Notes: a model not told the origin generated them from the letters alone. 64,000 nucleotides of DNA from Candidatus Gottesmanbacteria bacterium RIFCSPHIGHO2_02_FULL_39_11 (GCA_001779195.1 MFJL01000041.1:16881-80880), one strand, 5' to 3'; positions 27,163 through 37,498 are shown, counted from the first letter of the stretch. A program made the numbers and translations.

Positions 27163-28013
27163 CAACCGGTTTTAACGGGATGGTGGGGTCCCGTTTCTTG
27201 GAGCTATTTCCGGATTATACCGTTCTCAATCTCGGTAAATCGGATGGAGTTGATATCACCGATTATGAAAAAATCATTAACTATTTTGAAGAGTCAAAAG
27301 CTCCTACGGTTGTCCATATGGCCGGAAAAACGGATGTTGATTCCTGTGAGGATGATAAATTGTTTGGGGAGGGTGGCGAAGCATGGAGAGTAAATGTGGA
27401 AGGTACTCGAAATATTGTCAAAGCCTCTCAAAAAACAGGGAAACGTCTCATCTATATCTCAACAGACTTTGTTTTTAACGGAACAAAAGATTTTTATACA
27501 GAAGAAGACGTACCTGATCCGGTGAACTGGTACGGATACACAAAATACGAAGGAGAGCTCTCTGTCGCATCATCCGGAATTGGCTATTCTATTTTGCGCA
27601 TATCATATCCGTACCGGGCGTATTATCCGAAGAAAAAAGACTTTGTCAGAAGAATTTTGGAAAAAATGACGAACAAGGAAAAAATTTACGCTCTTTCTGA
27701 TCATATATACACTCCCACCTTTATTGACGATATCGCACAGGGTATCAACCTGTTTCTGGAAAAAAACATAGAGGGAACCTATCACTTAGTAGGAAGGGAA
27801 AGTTTATCGGTTATAGAGGGAATAACCACAATTGGGGGTGTGTTTGGTCTAAATCCACAGCTTGTTCCCATTACCCGGGAACAGTACTTTAAAGACCGGG
27901 CATACCGTCCATTTAAGTTGGGACTTAAAAGTGATAAAATAAGAAATCTTGATTTAAAGATGAATTCATTTAGCGAGGGGCTGGAAAAAGTTAAAAAACA
28001 GTTATCCATTTAA
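27144..28013 (+). CDS. rmlD: dTDP-4-dehydrorhamnose reductase-like NAD(P)-dependent oxidoreductase
   Basis: ILTTGFNGMVGSRF Rossmann motif, YGYTKYEGE (YxxxK). About 290 aa. Follows rmlB. Confidence 0.7.
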   Translation: MDKSILTTGFNGMVGSRFLELFPDYTVLNLGKSDGVDITDYEKIINYFEESKAPTVVHMAGKTDVDSCEDDKLFGEGGEAWRVNVEGTRNIVKASQKTGKRLIYISTDFVFNGTKDFYTEEDVPDPVNWYGYTKYEGELSVASSGIGYSILRISYPYRAYYPKKKDFVRRILEKMTNKEKIYALSDHIYTPTFIDDIAQGINLFLEKNIEGTYHLVGRESLSVIEGITTIGGVFGLNPQLVPITREQYFKDRAYRPFKLGLKSDKIRNLDLKMNSFSEGLEKVKKQLSI

Positions 28014-28018
28014 AATAT

Positions 28019-29314
28019 ATGAAAATAGGTTTTATCGGACACGGATACGTGGGACTGGTTACTGCTTCTGTATTTGCGGATTTAGGAAATACTGTTTATG
28101 TTGCCGGCAGAACAAAGGAAAAAATTGAGAAACTCAAAAAAGGAATAAGCCCTTTTTATGAGCCGGGACTGGATGAAATGGTTAAAAGAAACGTAAATGC
28201 CGGGCGTATTAAATTTACTCTGGATATTTCCGAAGTTGTAAAATCCTCTAAAATTATTTTTATTTGCGTCGGGACTCCTCCTAAGGAGACGGGTGAGGCT
28301 GATCTTTCATCCGTTTTTAAAGTAGCGGAGGATATCGGAAAGTCACTGGATCACTATGCCGTTATCGTAACCAAAAGTACGGTTCCGGTTGGCACAAATA
28401 GAAAAGTAGCTGAAATTTTAAGAAAAAATCTAAAGCCGGGAGTAAGTTTTGATATTGCCTCCTGTCCTGAATTTCTGCGGGAAGGAACCGCAATTTCAGA
28501 TACAACCAGTCCCGATAGAATTGTAATAGGCAGCGATTCTTCCAAAGCTCGGGATTTGCTTCTGGATCTTCACAAAGCGATTCCGGGGCATAGGATTACC
28601 TCGACAATTGAAACTGCAGAAATGATTAAATATGCATCCAACTCCCTTCTTGCAACCAAAATTTCGTTTGCCAATGCGATGTCATTTCTCTGTGATGCAG
28701 TTCATGCGGATGTGGAAGCAGTTCTGGATGGAATGGGACTGGATAAACGCTTAGGCCGCCAGTTTTTATATCCGGGAGTAGGATTTGGAGGAAGCTGTTT
28801 TCCTAAAGATGTCAAAGCACTTGTTGCCATTGCCCGAGAGCACGGGTACGACTTTGAGCTTTTACGTGCAGTTAACCACATCAATACCTATGCCAAGAAA
28901 AAATTTGTGGATACTATCATTGAAAAGCTTGGTGGAGTTAAAGGAAAAACGATTGGAATTTGGGGCCTTTCTTTTAAAGCCAACACGGATGATATGAGAG
29001 AAGCATCCAGTATCGACATTATAAACGGACTTTTGGAGAAGGGCGCTAAAATAAAAGCATTTGATCCAATTGCGACTGAAACGGCCAAAAAAGTGCTTCC
29101 CGAAAAAGTGCAGTTTTGTTCAAGTCCCACTGAGGCTGCCAAAGATGTAGATGGGCTTGCCCTTATCACCGAGTGGAACGAATTTAAACAAATCGATTTA
29201 TCTGAAGTAAAAAAAGTAATGAAGGGGAATTTTATTTTTGACGGACGAAACATATATGATCCGGAAAAAGTTAAAGCTCTTGGATTTAATTATAAAGGAA
29301 TTGGAAGGGAATAA
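28019..29314 (+). CDS. ugd: UDP-glucose 6-dehydrogenase family protein
   Basis: MKIGFIGHGYVGLVTA. Catalytic GFGGSCFPKDV. Confidence 0.85.
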   Translation: MKIGFIGHGYVGLVTASVFADLGNTVYVAGRTKEKIEKLKKGISPFYEPGLDEMVKRNVNAGRIKFTLDISEVVKSSKIIFICVGTPPKETGEADLSSVFKVAEDIGKSLDHYAVIVTKSTVPVGTNRKVAEILRKNLKPGVSFDIASCPEFLREGTAISDTTSPDRIVIGSDSSKARDLLLDLHKAIPGHRITSTIETAEMIKYASNSLLATKISFANAMSFLCDAVHADVEAVLDGMGLDKRLGRQFLYPGVGFGGSCFPKDVKALVAIAREHGYDFELLRAVNHINTYAKKKFVDTIIEKLGGVKGKTIGIWGLSFKANTDDMREASSIDIINGLLEKGAKIKAFDPIATETAKKVLPEKVQFCSSPTEAAKDVDGLALITEWNEFKQIDLSEVKKVMKGNFIFDGRNIYDPEKVKALGFNYKGIGRE

Positions 29315-29316
29315 TC

Positions 29317-30300
29317 ATGAAAGATGATCCTATTATGAAACAAAATAAAAAAATTGCACTTATTACCGGAATTACCGGATTTGCGGGAAGCCATCTGGCT
29401 GAACTTCTATTAAAAGAGGATGTAGAAGTGCACGGCATTCAGAGATGGAGAAGTAAAAGCGATAATATTGAAGCTATAAAAGATAAAATTCAGTTTCATG
29501 AAGCAGATTTGCTCGATGCTCATTCGCTCTATACGGTGATTGATGAGGTAAAACCGAACTATATCTTCCATCTGGCAGCCCAGTCCTATGTACAGTCTTC
29601 ATGGGCATCTCCTTCCAATACGCTGGAAGTTAACATTATCGGCACGGTCCATCTATTTGAAGCCGTTCGAAAAAGCGGACTTCCTCTTGCTATCCAAATT
29701 GCGTGCAGTAGCGAAGAATACGGAAAAGTGATGCCTGATGAAGTTCCCATTTCAGAGGGTAATCCTTTGCGTCCTCTTTCTCCCTACGCAGTTTCCAAAC
29801 TTGCAATGGATTATTTGGGCTATCAGTATTTTGAAAGCTACGGAATTAAAATAATCAGGACCCGGGGATTTAATCATACCGGTCCAAGGCGGGGCGATGT
29901 TTTTGCTGAATCGACATTTGCCAAACAGATTGCGGAAATTGAAAAAGGAAAGAAAGAGCCGGTTGTGTATGTAGGAAATCTGGATGCAAAGCGTGATTAT
30001 ACCGATGTTCGGGATATGGTGCGGGCATATTATTTATCGGTTGAAAAATGCAAACCCGGAGAAGTATATAATATTGCAACCGGAAAAGCGTGGAAAATTG
30101 GAGAAGTGCTAAATCTGCTTTTATCGAAAAGCCTCGTTAAAATAGCAATTAAAGAAGATCCGACACGTATGCGTCCCTCGGATGTTGAAGTGCTTGTGGG
30201 GGATTCAACCAAATTCAGAAACGCAACCGGTTGGAAGCCGGTTATTCCTTTTGAAAAAACAATGGAAGATCTTCTTAATTATTGGAGAGAGAAGGTATAA
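29317..30300 (+). CDS. NAD-dependent sugar-nucleotide dehydratase, GDP-mannose 4,6-dehydratase-like
   Basis: ALITGITGFAGSHLAE, YAVSKLAMDY, RGFNHTGPRRG (compare GMD FNHESPRRG). Confidence 0.6.
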   Translation: MKDDPIMKQNKKIALITGITGFAGSHLAELLLKEDVEVHGIQRWRSKSDNIEAIKDKIQFHEADLLDAHSLYTVIDEVKPNYIFHLAAQSYVQSSWASPSNTLEVNIIGTVHLFEAVRKSGLPLAIQIACSSEEYGKVMPDEVPISEGNPLRPLSPYAVSKLAMDYLGYQYFESYGIKIIRTRGFNHTGPRRGDVFAESTFAKQIAEIEKGKKEPVVYVGNLDAKRDYTDVRDMVRAYYLSVEKCKPGEVYNIATGKAWKIGEVLNLLLSKSLVKIAIKEDPTRMRPSDVEVLVGDSTKFRNATGWKPVIPFEKTMEDLLNYWREKV

Positions 30301-30413
30301 TAATTATCCAATTAACCAATTTCTAATTATCCAATTAACCAAAAAAACATTTGTTTAATTTTAAATTGGTTTATTGGGTAATTGGTATTTATTGGATAAT
30401 TGGATAATTATCA
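30301..30413. repeat. complex AT-rich palindrome: two direct TAATTATCCAATTAACCAA units facing inverted TTGGATAATTGGATAATTA units
   Basis: The direct 19-mer occurs at 30301 and 30325. Its reverse complement occurs as 3-4 degenerate copies at 30367-30413. It directly abuts the uxs start. Confidence 0.55.
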
Positions 30414-30414
30414 A

Positions 30415-31380
30415 ATGAATACCTTACCTATTTCTATCGTTACTGGAGGAGCTGGATTTATAGGCTCTAACTTGTGTTCAGAGCTTTTAAGGCGCGGGCA
30501 TTTTGTATACTGTGTCGATAATCTTATAACCGGAAGTGAGAAGAATATAAAACCGCTTCTTTTAAATCCCAACTTTGCGTTTTTAAAGCATGATGTTATA
30601 AATCCACTTCCGGACTCCTTTAAAAAAAAACTTAACCCCCCCTTATTTATTTTTCATTTAGCATCTCCTGCATCTCCTCCTAAATATAAAAAATGGTCTA
30701 TAGAAACCATGCGCGTCAATTCCGTAGGAACGTATAATATGCTCAATTTAGCAAGCGATTATCTGTACTCCCGGTTTTTGCTGGCTTCAACTTCTGAGGT
30801 TTACGGAAATCCGGAGGTGCATCCCCAGAAGGAAAACTACAACGGAAACGTAAATCCCCTTGGTACCAGAGCTTGTTACGATGAAAGCAAAAGATTTGCG
30901 GAAAGTCTGACCATGGAATTTTTAAGAAAGAAAAATACGGCAGTCCGCATTGTCAGAATTTTTAATACATACGGGCCGAACATGGAGAAAAGTGACGGGA
31001 GAGTAGTTTCAAATTTTATTAATCAGGCACTTTCCGGACAGAGTTTAACCCTATATGGGGACGGTTCTCAGACACGGTCTTTGTGCTATGTCTCTGATTT
31101 AGTAGAAGGAATTATTAAGATGATCCAGAAAGATAATATTAATGGGGAAGTAATTAATTTAGGAAATCCGAATGAAATGAAAGTCCGCGAAATTGCTGAA
31201 ATAATATTAAAACTTACCAAGTCAAATTCCCAAATCATTAAATCAGGTGAGAAAGATGCAGATGATCCAAAGAGGAGAAAACCTGATATTTCAAAAGCAA
31301 AAAAGATATTAGGATGGGAACCGCATGTCAGCGTGGAGGAAGGACTGCTAAAAACAATTGAGTATTTTAAGAATATATGA
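30415..31380 (+). CDS. UDP-glucuronate decarboxylase (UDP-xylose synthase)
   Basis: GGAGFIGSNLCSELL. LLASTSEVYGNPEVHPQKENYNGNVNPLGTRACYDESKRFAE is near-invariant in UXS/ArnA-decarboxylase enzymes. The track start 30400 is a TTG inside the palindrome; ATG is at 30415. Confidence 0.8.
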   Translation: MNTLPISIVTGGAGFIGSNLCSELLRRGHFVYCVDNLITGSEKNIKPLLLNPNFAFLKHDVINPLPDSFKKKLNPPLFIFHLASPASPPKYKKWSIETMRVNSVGTYNMLNLASDYLYSRFLLASTSEVYGNPEVHPQKENYNGNVNPLGTRACYDESKRFAESLTMEFLRKKNTAVRIVRIFNTYGPNMEKSDGRVVSNFINQALSGQSLTLYGDGSQTRSLCYVSDLVEGIIKMIQKDNINGEVINLGNPNEMKVREIAEIILKLTKSNSQIIKSGEKDADDPKRRKPDISKAKKILGWEPHVSVEEGLLKTIEYFKNI

Positions 31381-32537
31381 AAATAGTACACATCATTCCT
31401 ACATTTAACGAAAAAGAAAATATAGAACGCATGGTTACGGTTCTTACTGAAGTTGCCAAAAAAACTCCTCAAGATATCCATGAAATTTTATTTGTGGATG
31501 ACTATTCTCCGGACGGAAGCGGCGAGCTGGTGAAAAAACTGCAGAAAAAAAACAGCAAAGTTCATCTCATTGAGAAGAAAAAAGAAGGCTTGGGGAAAGC
31601 TCTTATCATGGGATACGATTATGCCATACGAAAACTTCACGCGGATATTGTAATTCCAAACGATGCTGATTTTCAGTGGGATCCGGAGGATATTCCTTCC
31701 CTTATTAAAAAATTGAATGAAGGATATGATGTAGTAGTTGCTTCCCGGCATGTTGCGGGAGGAAAAGTGGTCGGATGGAATTGGTTTAGGAATCTAAATC
31801 ATCAACTTTCAAATTCACTCCTTGCATGGTGGGTAGCAGGAGTAAAAGAGGTGCATGATCATGCGGGAAACTTCAAAGCAATCCGGGTAAAAGGAATTTT
31901 GGATAAGATTTCACTTCATAAAATGCAGAATGCCGGTTTTTCATTTCAGCTTCATATTCTATATGAGCTTTCAAAAACGGGAGCAAAATTTACGGAGGTA
32001 CCGGTAATTTTTCATGAAAGAAGATTCGGTAAATCAAAGATCGGATTTAACCGGTATTACGTACGGGATGTTTTTGAATATATAAAAAGCAGCATCAGCA
32101 TCCGGTATGATAGGTCTGCAAGTTTTTTTAAATACTGCATGGTCGGTGGAACCGGATTTTTGGTACAAACATTTATTTCCCATTTTTTGATTTTAACCGG
32201 TCTTCCTGCAGGAGCATCCGTTGCACTCGGGGCTGAAGGCTCTATTATTTCAAATTTTCTCTTTAATAATTTTTGGACGTTTAAACATGCCAAAATTGAA
32301 GAGGGAAAACTGTTTAAAAAATTTCTTCATTTTAACGGAGTCTCACTGGGTGCCATTCTTATACAATCGGTTGTAGTAACGGTGGGCACACATTTTTTTG
32401 GGACATCATCCTGGTTTATCTTTATGGTTTTGTCCATTGTACTTATTGTTATTCCATACAGTTACCTTATGTATAATTTTTTTATATGGAAGACAAAAAA
32501 AGTTCCGGATTTCAAAAAATACTTTTTGAATAATTGA
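31377..32537 (+). CDS. GT2 polyprenyl-phosphate sugar synthase fused to a C-terminal GtrA-like membrane domain
   Basis: IIPTFNEKENI ... VDDYSPDGS ... DADFQWDPED, then four TM helices (FFKYCMVGGTGFLVQ...). Confidence 0.75.
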   Translation: MKIVHIIPTFNEKENIERMVTVLTEVAKKTPQDIHEILFVDDYSPDGSGELVKKLQKKNSKVHLIEKKKEGLGKALIMGYDYAIRKLHADIVIPNDADFQWDPEDIPSLIKKLNEGYDVVVASRHVAGGKVVGWNWFRNLNHQLSNSLLAWWVAGVKEVHDHAGNFKAIRVKGILDKISLHKMQNAGFSFQLHILYELSKTGAKFTEVPVIFHERRFGKSKIGFNRYYVRDVFEYIKSSISIRYDRSASFFKYCMVGGTGFLVQTFISHFLILTGLPAGASVALGAEGSIISNFLFNNFWTFKHAKIEEGKLFKKFLHFNGVSLGAILIQSVVVTVGTHFFGTSSWFIFMVLSIVLIVIPYSYLMYNFFIWKTKKVPDFKKYFLNN

Positions 32538-34033
32538 CCCGCAATTTTTTTACTATGCGCTTATCCTCTCTACTTATCTTAATTATTCTGATATTATCCG
32601 CATTCCTCAGGCTTTACCATATTCGGGAGTATATGACTTTTTTAGGAGACGAAGGACGGGATATGCTGGTTGTTAAACGGATGATTGTAAATGGCGAATT
32701 TACACTTTTAGGTCCCATCACATCGATCGGAAGAATGTATATGGGACCGGTGTATTACTACATGATTTCTCCATTTTTAGCTCTGTGGAACTTTGATCCC
32801 GTCGGGCCCTCTATTATGGTTGCGGTTCTTTCCATAGCAACCGTGTACCTGATATATTTTTTTTGTAAAAAATTTTTCTCCGCGCGAAGTGCCCTTATTG
32901 CCGCACTTTTCTATGCGATCTCGCCTCTTACTGTACTTTACGGACGCGCTTCCTGGAATCCGAATGTGGTCCCCTTTTTTTCCATGCTTTTTATTCTTTC
33001 CCTCTCAATCGCTTCCATAAAGAAGAAATATCCTCTTTTAATACTGGCAGGCTTCTCTTTAGGAATTCTCATTCAGCTTCATTATGTCACTCTCCTTTTG
33101 GGTCTTACCCTGATTTTAACTTTTCTCTTATTAATCCGTCCCTGGCCTCCTCTAAAATATCTGATTGCTTTGGCCCTGTCTTTTATTTTGGGATATTCTC
33201 CTTTTTTGCTTTTTGAACTTCGGCACAAGTTTGTAAATACCCAAAATACAGTACGGTTTATTCTGGAGAATAAAAAAGAAGATGTTTCCATTCCCTTATA
33301 TATATCAATTACGGCAATCGTGCAGGATGTAACTGTGCGCCTTTTTTGGAGGCTTTTAATTGTTCAAAGCGCTGAGCTCTCCAAAGTATTTATTTTATCT
33401 ATAGGAGGAATTATTTTTTGGATATTTAAAACAAAAAAAATCGGGAAAAACAGCAGGACGGCACTTTTGATAATTCTTATTTGGTTTCTTTCAGGTCTTA
33501 TTTTATTCAGTCTTTACCGGGGGATAACCTATGACTATTATTTTGGTTCCTTATTTCCGATTCCTTTTATCATCTTGGGAATCTCCATATCTTTTTTATG
33601 GAAGCTTAAAAATAGTGCCCTTAAGATAGTCTGTTTCGGATTTCTTCTGTACCTTATTATTGTAAATACTCTTCACTCTCCTCTTCAGAGTAAACCTAAT
33701 AATATTCTCACAACAACGGAAAAAGTTTCCCAATTTGTTTTTAACCGGGTAAACAACCGTCCATATAATTTTGCTCTTATGGCCCTTCATAATTCCGATC
33801 ATGCCTATCGTTATTTTTTTGATTTATGGGGAAATCCTCCGATTACGATCCAAAATCCCGCTCTGGATCCGGAAAGAAAAAGTGTTGCTCCGGAATTATG
33901 GGTGATATGCGAGGATAAGGATTGTAAGCCATTGGGAAATCCTCTATGGGAAATAGCGGGATTTGGGCCGGCTGAGATTGAAGAGGAATGGAAAATTGCG
34001 CAGGTTACTGTTTTTAAATTAGTTCACTTATGA
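32534..34033 (+). CDS. GT-C family membrane glycosyltransferase (ArnT/PMT-like)
   Basis: Polytopic. Loop-1 acidic motif FLGDEGRDMLVVKRM. C-terminal soluble domain. Confidence 0.6.
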   Translation: MTRNFFTMRLSSLLILIILILSAFLRLYHIREYMTFLGDEGRDMLVVKRMIVNGEFTLLGPITSIGRMYMGPVYYYMISPFLALWNFDPVGPSIMVAVLSIATVYLIYFFCKKFFSARSALIAALFYAISPLTVLYGRASWNPNVVPFFSMLFILSLSIASIKKKYPLLILAGFSLGILIQLHYVTLLLGLTLILTFLLLIRPWPPLKYLIALALSFILGYSPFLLFELRHKFVNTQNTVRFILENKKEDVSIPLYISITAIVQDVTVRLFWRLLIVQSAELSKVFILSIGGIIFWIFKTKKIGKNSRTALLIILIWFLSGLILFSLYRGITYDYYFGSLFPIPFIILGISISFLWKLKNSALKIVCFGFLLYLIIVNTLHSPLQSKPNNILTTTEKVSQFVFNRVNNRPYNFALMALHNSDHAYRYFFDLWGNPPITIQNPALDPERKSVAPELWVICEDKDCKPLGNPLWEIAGFGPAEIEEEWKIAQVTVFKLVHL

Positions 34034-34794
34034 GAAAAATAGAACTTAGTATTATTGTTCCCTGTTATAACGAGGAAAGAAATATCCGTCTGGGAGTTCT
34101 GGACCATATAGATGCCTATTTAAGAAAAGTAAAATATTCATATGAAGTTATTATTGTTGATGATGGATCAACAGATGAAACTCTTCACTTACTTACCGAT
34201 TTTATTTCCGAACATCCGAAATTTAAGGTTATTAAATCCCGTCACGGAGGAAAAGCACTGGCGGTTATTTCAGGAATGAATGAGGGAAAGGGAGATTATC
34301 TTCTTTTTTGCGATATGGATCAGGCTACCCCTCTTCCGGAATGGGAGAAACTGCATCCGTTTTTCGAGAAGAATTATGATGTAGTAATCGGCTCCCGAAG
34401 AGATATCCGGCAAGGGGCACCGCGGTTTCGCGTAATCATGGCAAAGGGTTTTATGATATTAAGAAACATTATTCTAGACTTAGGGATCACAGATACCCAG
34501 TGTGGTTTTAAGGCATTTAAGAGTGATGCTGCAAGAACTATACTCAATCGGCTGGTTTATTATAAAGGGGAGAGAAGCGTGAGGGGCTCAACGGTAACTG
34601 CTGGATTTGATGTAGAACTTCTTTTTATCGCAAAAGAGTTAGGGTATAAGATTAGTGAGGTACCGATTGACTGGCATTATCAGGAGACGAGACGCGTAAG
34701 TCCCGTTAAGGATTCTTTAGAGGGGTTTGCCGCTCTTCTTCGGATAAAATTTAACAGTCTGAGGGGGTATTATAGTAAAAAAACTCAGATCTAA
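34030..34794 (+). CDS. GT2 polyprenyl-phosphate glycosyltransferase (DPM1/GtrB-like)
   Basis: IIVPCYNEERNI, VDDGSTDET, FCDMDQATP. Confidence 0.8.
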   Translation: MRKIELSIIVPCYNEERNIRLGVLDHIDAYLRKVKYSYEVIIVDDGSTDETLHLLTDFISEHPKFKVIKSRHGGKALAVISGMNEGKGDYLLFCDMDQATPLPEWEKLHPFFEKNYDVVIGSRRDIRQGAPRFRVIMAKGFMILRNIILDLGITDTQCGFKAFKSDAARTILNRLVYYKGERSVRGSTVTAGFDVELLFIAKELGYKISEVPIDWHYQETRRVSPVKDSLEGFAALLRIKFNSLRGYYSKKTQI

Positions 34795-34841
34795 TCGGCT
34801 CCCGACTAAATAGGGAGCGGAAAGATGGGTATATAAAGTAA

Positions 34842-35993
34842 ATGAAAAAAGATATTCTGTTTTATATTATTACCTTGTTTTACTCTGTTTCTCTTGTCCT
34901 TTTTTCCGTTTATTCCTATTCTCAAATTGATTTAAATCTGACGCTTTGGGGAAATCCCGTGTATCAGAGTTTTCAGAACCACATGATTTATTTGGGTTAT
35001 TTTAACCGCCCGCTTTCATTCTGGATTTTTATCTCTTTAGTTGTCTGCTTTTTTGCATGCTACATTTTTTTTCTAAAACTGGCACTTGGGAAAAAAATAT
35101 CAGAAGGAAAAGTTCTATTTCTTATTCTGTTTTCCAGCGGTCTTCTCTTTTTTTCATATCCGGCATTTTCTTCTGATATTTTTAATTACATGTTTGATGC
35201 GCGTATTGTAACTAAATATCATCTAAATCCTTATGAGTACAAGCCCTTGGATTTTTCATCTGATTTATGGCTTCGGTTTATGAGATGGACACACAGGACT
35301 TATCCCTATGGACCTCTCTGGCTTATTCTCACGGTTCCTCTCTCACTCTTAGGAATGGAAAAATTTGTGCTGACACTTTTACTATTTAAATTTTCTTTTT
35401 TTCTTTTGCATCTCTCAAATACATTTCTTATATATAAAATCGTTAAGGGAATGAAAAAGGATTTGGCATTTTTTTCATCTTTATTTTATGCTCTTAATCC
35501 CTTAATTCTAATTGAATCTGTTACCAGTCCTCATAATGATTCCATAATGCTGACTCTTCTTTTACTCTCTTTTTATTTTATAAATAAAAAAAAGAATATA
35601 ATTTCCTTGGCATTTTTGTTTTTATCAGGAGCTGTCAAATTCAGTACGTGGATTTTGGCACCGTTATTTATTTTTAAACTATTCAGAAAAAACCTGGTTT
35701 ATATTTCGGCGCTGGCCTTAATCATTCCTCTTATTGTTCAAATTGTTAACCGAGAACCCTATCCGTGGTACTTTGTTCCCCTGTTGGGAATTATTAGTTT
35801 ATTCACCAATTATTTTTATCTGCAGGTTGCGGCAATTGTTTTTTCTTTTATGGAAGTTTTTCAGTATGCTCCGTATCTTCTCTTAGGGGTATATACTACG
35901 GAAGTTGCTGAGATTAAAACATATATTTTTTACATATCTTTATACATTATTTTTATATGCGTATTTTTGTATAAAATAAAAACCAGAAGGTAA
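34842..35993 (+). CDS. GT87/DUF2029-like polytopic membrane protein (PimE-like mannosyltransferase family)
   Basis: SSDIFNYMFDARIVTKYHLNPYEY matches the conserved DUF2029 block (...D...Y..aR......NPY). Confidence 0.5.
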   Translation: MKKDILFYIITLFYSVSLVLFSVYSYSQIDLNLTLWGNPVYQSFQNHMIYLGYFNRPLSFWIFISLVVCFFACYIFFLKLALGKKISEGKVLFLILFSSGLLFFSYPAFSSDIFNYMFDARIVTKYHLNPYEYKPLDFSSDLWLRFMRWTHRTYPYGPLWLILTVPLSLLGMEKFVLTLLLFKFSFFLLHLSNTFLIYKIVKGMKKDLAFFSSLFYALNPLILIESVTSPHNDSIMLTLLLLSFYFINKKKNIISLAFLFLSGAVKFSTWILAPLFIFKLFRKNLVYISALALIIPLIVQIVNREPYPWYFVPLLGIISLFTNYFYLQVAAIVFSFMEVFQYAPYLLLGVYTTEVAEIKTYIFYISLYIIFICVFLYKIKTRR

Positions 35994-35995
35994 CT

Positions 35996-37498
35996 ATGAT
36001 AAAAAAAATCATTCAAAATAATAATTTTTTGTTCATTTTTATACTCAGCGGGTTAACTTTTATTACCCGCATAATTAATTTACTTAACATACCTATATTT
36101 ACTGATGAAGCGATATACATTCGCTGGGCGCAAATTGGACTTGCAGACCGTGCACAATGGTTTATTTCCCTTACAGATGGTAAACAGCCTCTTTTGACAT
36201 GGCTTATGTATCCGACCCTTTTATTTTTTAAGGATCCTCTTGTTGCAGGAAGGCTTGTATCCGTATTGTCGGGATCTGTCTCTGTTGTTGCTCTCTATTT
36301 GATCGGAAAAGAGATTTTTAACCGGAGGGTAGGTATTATTTCAAGTTTTATTTATATCTTTTCTCCCTTTACTATGGTTTATGACAGACTTGCCGTAATG
36401 GATAGCTTGCTTGCATGCTGTATAGTGTGGGCGCTTTATTTTCAAATAAAACTGGTTAAAAAACCCGATATTAAAAATGCTCTTATTGCAGGAATTGTAT
36501 CCGGATTAGGTTTAATTACCAAATCTTCTGCCATGTTTACACTATATCTCTTGCCTGCCGGTTTAATTCTATATCCGTTTGGAAACAAAAAATTTTTTAA
36601 AAATACGTTCCGGTGGGTTCTATTTGCTGGTATTGTTTTTGTCATAGGAGAGGTAATTTATAATTCTCTTCGGGTGTCTCCCTGGTTTTATATCATAAAA
36701 CTTAAAAATTATTCATTTATTTATACAGTTAAAGAATTTATCTCCTCGCCCTTTCAGTTTTTTATCCCTAATCTAAACGGACTGGTTGGATGGTTTTTAG
36801 AATATGCAACACTTCCCATAATTGGCGCCATAATTTTAGGAATAATTTTCGGAATATTTTCCCGTAAAAAAGAAATTTTACTGTTATTTCTCTGGTTTAT
36901 ATTCCCATTTTTATCTCTGGGCGCATTCGGGAAAGTTATTTTCCCCCGGTTTATTTTGTTCATGACACTTCCATTATTTGTTATCGCCGCATACGGATTA
37001 ACTAAAGTAATTCAATTATTCAAAACTACAATGATACAAATCATTGTAGTATTTCTTTTTCTTGTGTATCCTCTATATCAATCAATTGTATTGATGGTTG
37101 ACCCGGTGTATGCCTCTATTCCCCAAACTGACCGCAATCAATTTTTTGATGACTGGCCCTCAGGATACGGGGTAACGGAAGTTATTTCATTTTTGGAAAG
37201 CAAAGCTAAAAGTGAAAAAGTTGTTATTGGAACCGAAGGAACATTCGGGCTCTTCCCGGCAGTTTTTGAAATATATCTTCAGAATAATCCCAATGTAGAG
37301 ATACACGGATTCTGGCCGGTAAGTGAAGTGCCTCCGCTTCTTATAGAAAAGGCAAAAACAACATCTACTTATTTAGTTTTTAAAGATACTCAAAAGGTTC
37401 CCGATACCTGGTCTTTGAAGCTTGTCTCCAAATACAGAAGGGGAATCGGAAATACGTATCTGCTTTTTTATCAGGTAATTCCCAAACAAGCGGTATGA
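35996..37498 (+). CDS. GT-C family glycosyltransferase (PMT/ArnT, GT39/83-like)
   Basis: PIFTDEAIYIRWAQ loop-1 DE motif. More than 10 TM helices, then a C-terminal periplasmic domain. Confidence 0.65.
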   Translation: MIKKIIQNNNFLFIFILSGLTFITRIINLLNIPIFTDEAIYIRWAQIGLADRAQWFISLTDGKQPLLTWLMYPTLLFFKDPLVAGRLVSVLSGSVSVVALYLIGKEIFNRRVGIISSFIYIFSPFTMVYDRLAVMDSLLACCIVWALYFQIKLVKKPDIKNALIAGIVSGLGLITKSSAMFTLYLLPAGLILYPFGNKKFFKNTFRWVLFAGIVFVIGEVIYNSLRVSPWFYIIKLKNYSFIYTVKEFISSPFQFFIPNLNGLVGWFLEYATLPIIGAIILGIIFGIFSRKKEILLLFLWFIFPFLSLGAFGKVIFPRFILFMTLPLFVIAAYGLTKVIQLFKTTMIQIIVVFLFLVYPLYQSIVLMVDPVYASIPQTDRNQFFDDWPSGYGVTEVISFLESKAKSEKVVIGTEGTFGLFPAVFEIYLQNNPNVEIHGFWPVSEVPPLLIEKAKTTSTYLVFKDTQKVPDTWSLKLVSKYRRGIGNTYLLFYQVIPKQAV

